From Thermoanaerobaculia bacterium (lineage in GTDB: Bacteria > Acidobacteriota > Thermoanaerobaculia > UBA5066): a stretch of 64,000 nt of DNA. The translations under genes and the position numbers were made by a program. Below, one piece after another: positions 62,201 through 64,000 of this stretch (position 1 is its first letter; every line of letters begins with the position of its first letter). Under the pieces are notes generated by a model. It had not been told where the DNA came from. It saw nothing but the letters and a program-made list of their open reading frames with translations, and ran no database searches. The DNA lies in the NCBI GenBank assembly GCA_963719225.1, contig CAVRAY010000001.1:1920001-1984000 (forward strand), written 5' to 3'.

Positions 62201-62371
62201 GCGGCCGGCACTTCCGTCCCGGTCTCCACCGCGATCAGCTACCGTACGGGCCAGACCCGGGCGAACAACGCCATCGCGGCTCCCTCCACGTCGGGCGCTC
62301 TCGCCGTCTACGCCAACCAGCCGAGCGGAACGGTGCAGGTCATCCTCGACGTGAACGGGTACTTCAAGTAG
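59225..62371 (+). CDS. Secreted GloVer-type tandem repeat protein with Ig-like and C-terminal PCR..DTR domains
   Basis: 14 repeats of G.L....DG..YGT..GG..GTVF, then PKD/Ig-like segments and FFPVTPCRLADTR..VILDVNGYF. Confidence 0.88.
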   Translation: MPFKVFRLKYPVRSLALGVCALVALCAAAPARAQTYEIVTAFTVPAAQPVAGLVQGTDGFFYGTTRGGGASSGGTVFRIDSAGNLTTLHTFSYEDGNDPEAGLIQASDGSFYGTTYGGGAHGFGTVFKIDSAGDLTTLHSFAGDDQSTSGNDGGHPVAPLVQAPDGNFYGTTSSGGLSFNDLGTVFKMTPAGTVTIIHSFTGGPSDGVYPVAGLVYSSADAKLYGTTQVGGGGSGMVFRLSLDGSNFADLHNFVITDGAAPSAALVAANGKFYGTTKSGGSAGFGTIFSIDVPGTFAVLKHLGAADGHAPTAPLFLAGDGKLYGTTTAGGTNDLGTTFKVDFAGTLTTLHPIAAGEGSTPLGGVVQGSDGNFYGTARDGGAFGGGTVFKMTSAGALTKIYDFGGSSTGYEPESGVLQANDGNLYGTTFWGGPGNFGTIYKLTFAGTRTIVHNFSGADGSAPWAKLIQLSDGKLYGTASRDGGSHWGTAFSVTLAGTFSLLHSFNGTDGLGPRDAALVLRPADGMLYGTTEGGGTGLGNAFKMSTAGAVTSIHAFNLTDGAYPSDGLLLGTDGNLYGTTASGGAAVAQGNVIKITPAGAVTVLHEFNHTQGADDDGMWPVGGLIRATDGKFYGTTRAGGANTAGNVFRIDAAGTYASIHSFSGSDGSEPYGNLLQASDGRLYGTTLTGGAHGHGTVFSIDTAGTDFSSLHSLTLEEGAGPRGGLIQASDGKVYGVTGGGGPGKAGVVFRLTLAGCTPPAPPTAGNNGPKCAGQTLQLTASTIGGATYAWTGPNSFTSALQNPSIAAATTAASGTYSVRATVAGCTSAAATTTATVNPLPSPAITAPSPLCPNVTGQVASVPAAGPGATYAWSIVNGTITAGSGTRTITFSAGASGSVTLNVTVTSASGCASSGSLPIPISTSCGSASRFFPVTPCRLADTRNPTGPLGGPALAAGAQRSFPLTGTCGVPAGTRALSLNVTITSPTSAGDLKLFAAGTSVPVSTAISYRTGQTRANNAIAAPSTSGALAVYANQPSGTVQVILDVNGYFK

Positions 62372-63245
62372 CGGTCTGTCGTGCCCGGCCGAACTTCGCG
62401 TAGATCGCGTTCCCGAGCGGCACCGCCACGAGCGCGAGTGCGAAGCCGCCGATGACGTCCGCGACGTAGTGATAACGGCAGTAGACCGTGGCGAGGATGA
62501 GGCCGACGGCGAACGGCAGGAACGCCCAGAACGTCTTTTTCGAGCGGCGATATGCCTCGAGGAGGATCGCGACGAGGACCATCGTGTGGCCTGACGGGAA
62601 GCAGTCCCGCTTGTTCTTCTCGAGGACGTCGAGGGTGTGATCGATCGCCTGTGAGATCGCGCCCCGCGGGAGCGGTCCGGCGTGCACGAGCGTGTAACGG
62701 GGCCCGGTCGCGGGCACGAAGAAGTAGCACGCGTAGCTGACGTAGAAGACGAAAACGATGACGAACGCGTAGCGCGGAAAGTCGCGCGTTTCCGCCGGGC
62801 GAGCCCGGTCGTCGAGGAGCACGAGCGTCCCCAGAATGATCGGATGGAAATAATAAAGGGCGTAGAAGATCGTCAGGACGTCCGAGAGGAACGGCGTCGC
62901 GATTGTCTCGAGCACCACCGTGGGGTCCGTTCCGAACATCGCGCGGTCGAGGGCGATGAGCGTGGCGTCGTAGTCGACGGGGTGCACGGCGCGGATGAGC
63001 GGGCCGAGCCCGTCGAAGATCGCGACGACGCAGCCAATGATGTAGTAGTCGAAGAGAATCCGAAGATTCTTAGAAGGTGAAGAGACGCGCGCGCGCATGA
63101 AGGCGATGCCCGCGGGTACCGCCGCGACCACGATCATCCTCAGAAGAACTCCTCGGTCCTCGAGCGCATCGATGCGCACGAGGCCGGCGAGAAAGAGAAG
63201 GGATGCGAAACCTGTCGTCAAAACGTCGACCGGCTTCCAACGCAT
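62364..63245 (-). CDS. PAP2-superfamily membrane phosphotransferase, AUR1/IPC-synthase-like
   Basis: Multi-TM, PATGPRY, CFPSGHT, YCRYHYVADV. Confidence 0.75.
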   Translation of the reverse strand: MRWKPVDVLTTGFASLLFLAGLVRIDALEDRGVLLRMIVVAAVPAGIAFMRARVSSPSKNLRILFDYYIIGCVVAIFDGLGPLIRAVHPVDYDATLIALDRAMFGTDPTVVLETIATPFLSDVLTIFYALYYFHPIILGTLVLLDDRARPAETRDFPRYAFVIVFVFYVSYACYFFVPATGPRYTLVHAGPLPRGAISQAIDHTLDVLEKNKRDCFPSGHTMVLVAILLEAYRRSKKTFWAFLPFAVGLILATVYCRYHYVADVIGGFALALVAVPLGNAIYAKFGRARQTAT

Positions 63246-63278
63246 CCACGCGTTCTAGCACGAACCTATAATGCCGCC

Positions 63279-64000
63279 GTGCGCTCCTGGGCGTCGGTCC
63301 TCTTGTTCTCGGCCTTCACGGTCCAGGGCGCGCCGCGTCCCGGTAAGGTCGTCGTCATCGACCTCGACACCCAGATTCATGCGGTGAGCGCCCGGTTCGT
63401 CTCGCAGGCGATCAAGGAGGCGGAGAAAGCCGACGCGAAGCTCGTCATCATCCGCATCGATACGCAGGGCGGCCGGCTCGATTCCACGCGGGTGATCGCA
63501 CAGGCGATCCTCGCCTCTCCCGTGCCGGTCGTGGGGTGGGTCGCTCCTCCCGGGTCGCAGGCGGCCTCCGCCGGTTTCATCGTCCTCATGTCGTGCGACG
63601 TGGCGGCGATGGCGCCGGGCACGAACGCGGGCGCGGCGTCGCCCGTCGGCGGCGGCGGAGAAGACCTTCCGAAGACGATCGCGAAGAAGGTAGGTGAGGA
63701 CGTCTCCGCGCTCCTTCGCTCGGTGACCGAGCCCCGCGGCCGCCCGGTGGACGACGCGGTGAAAGCCGTCAGCGATGCAGCGTCGTATTCCGAGACCGAA
63801 GCGGAGAAACGAAAGCTGATCGAGGTCGTCGCGCGCGATCTTCCGGATCTCCTCGCGCGACTCGACGGGCGAACCGCCAGGCGCGTGGGCAAGCCCGACG
63901 TGGTCCTGAAGACCGCCGGCCTCGCGGCCGAGGTCAAGGAGATGACGCGGCGCGAGAAGTTCCTCGGCGTCCTCGCGAGCCCCGCGCTCGCCGGCATCCT
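63279..64000 (+). CDS. nfeD: NfeD family membrane-bound ClpP-class serine protease (runs off window end)
   Basis: Translated by hand from GTG 63279: IDTQGG, PVPVVGWV, AASAG, AAMAPGTNAGAASPV. Absent from the ORF track because it has no stop in the window. Confidence 0.85.
   Translation, partial: MRSWASVLLFSAFTVQGAPRPGKVVVIDLDTQIHAVSARFVSQAIKEAEKADAKLVIIRIDTQGGRLDSTRVIAQAILASPVPVVGWVAPPGSQAASAGFIVLMSCDVAAMAPGTNAGAASPVGGGGEDLPKTIAKKVGEDVSALLRSVTEPRGRPVDDAVKAVSDAASYSETEAEKRKLIEVVARDLPDLLARLDGRTARRVGKPDVVLKTAGLAAEVKEMTRREKFLGVLASPALAGI

Overview
High-GC (about 68-70% by eye), gene-dense bacterial chromosome segment. The gene content (ASPIC/UnbV protein, TPR-multiheme cytochrome, GloVer repeat protein, TolB/TPR Ser/Thr kinase, wHTH-FHA regulator) suggests Acidobacteriota, possibly Thermoanaerobaculia; this is an inference. 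It contains about 46 CDS: a CPA1 antiporter, six peptidases (three M1-type, M16, S10, NfeD), addBA, an SSS symporter, a complete Rrf2-sufBCDSU-sufT operon with visible promoter and operator, amrS-amrB, an RHH/MazF toxin-antitoxin pair, a decayed cydAB operon, alaX, hom, an intact IS481 with a 6-bp target duplication, and a probable split sphingolipid cluster (SDR/CerR-like, Spt, GNAT/bCerS-like, AUR1-like PAP2). The most unusual signal is not a gene. It is an AT-rich motif (purine tract-ATTTCTTAGAAGG), found 11 times as an exact TTCTTAGAA core plus several variants. It usually occurs as inward-facing inverted pairs about 50-145 bp apart, both between genes and written into coding sequences. 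Many genes also appear to be transcribed leaderless (TAnnnT 6-7 nt before the start codon). All family calls come from motif recognition, not database searches. No rRNA, tRNA or CRISPR array was recognised.
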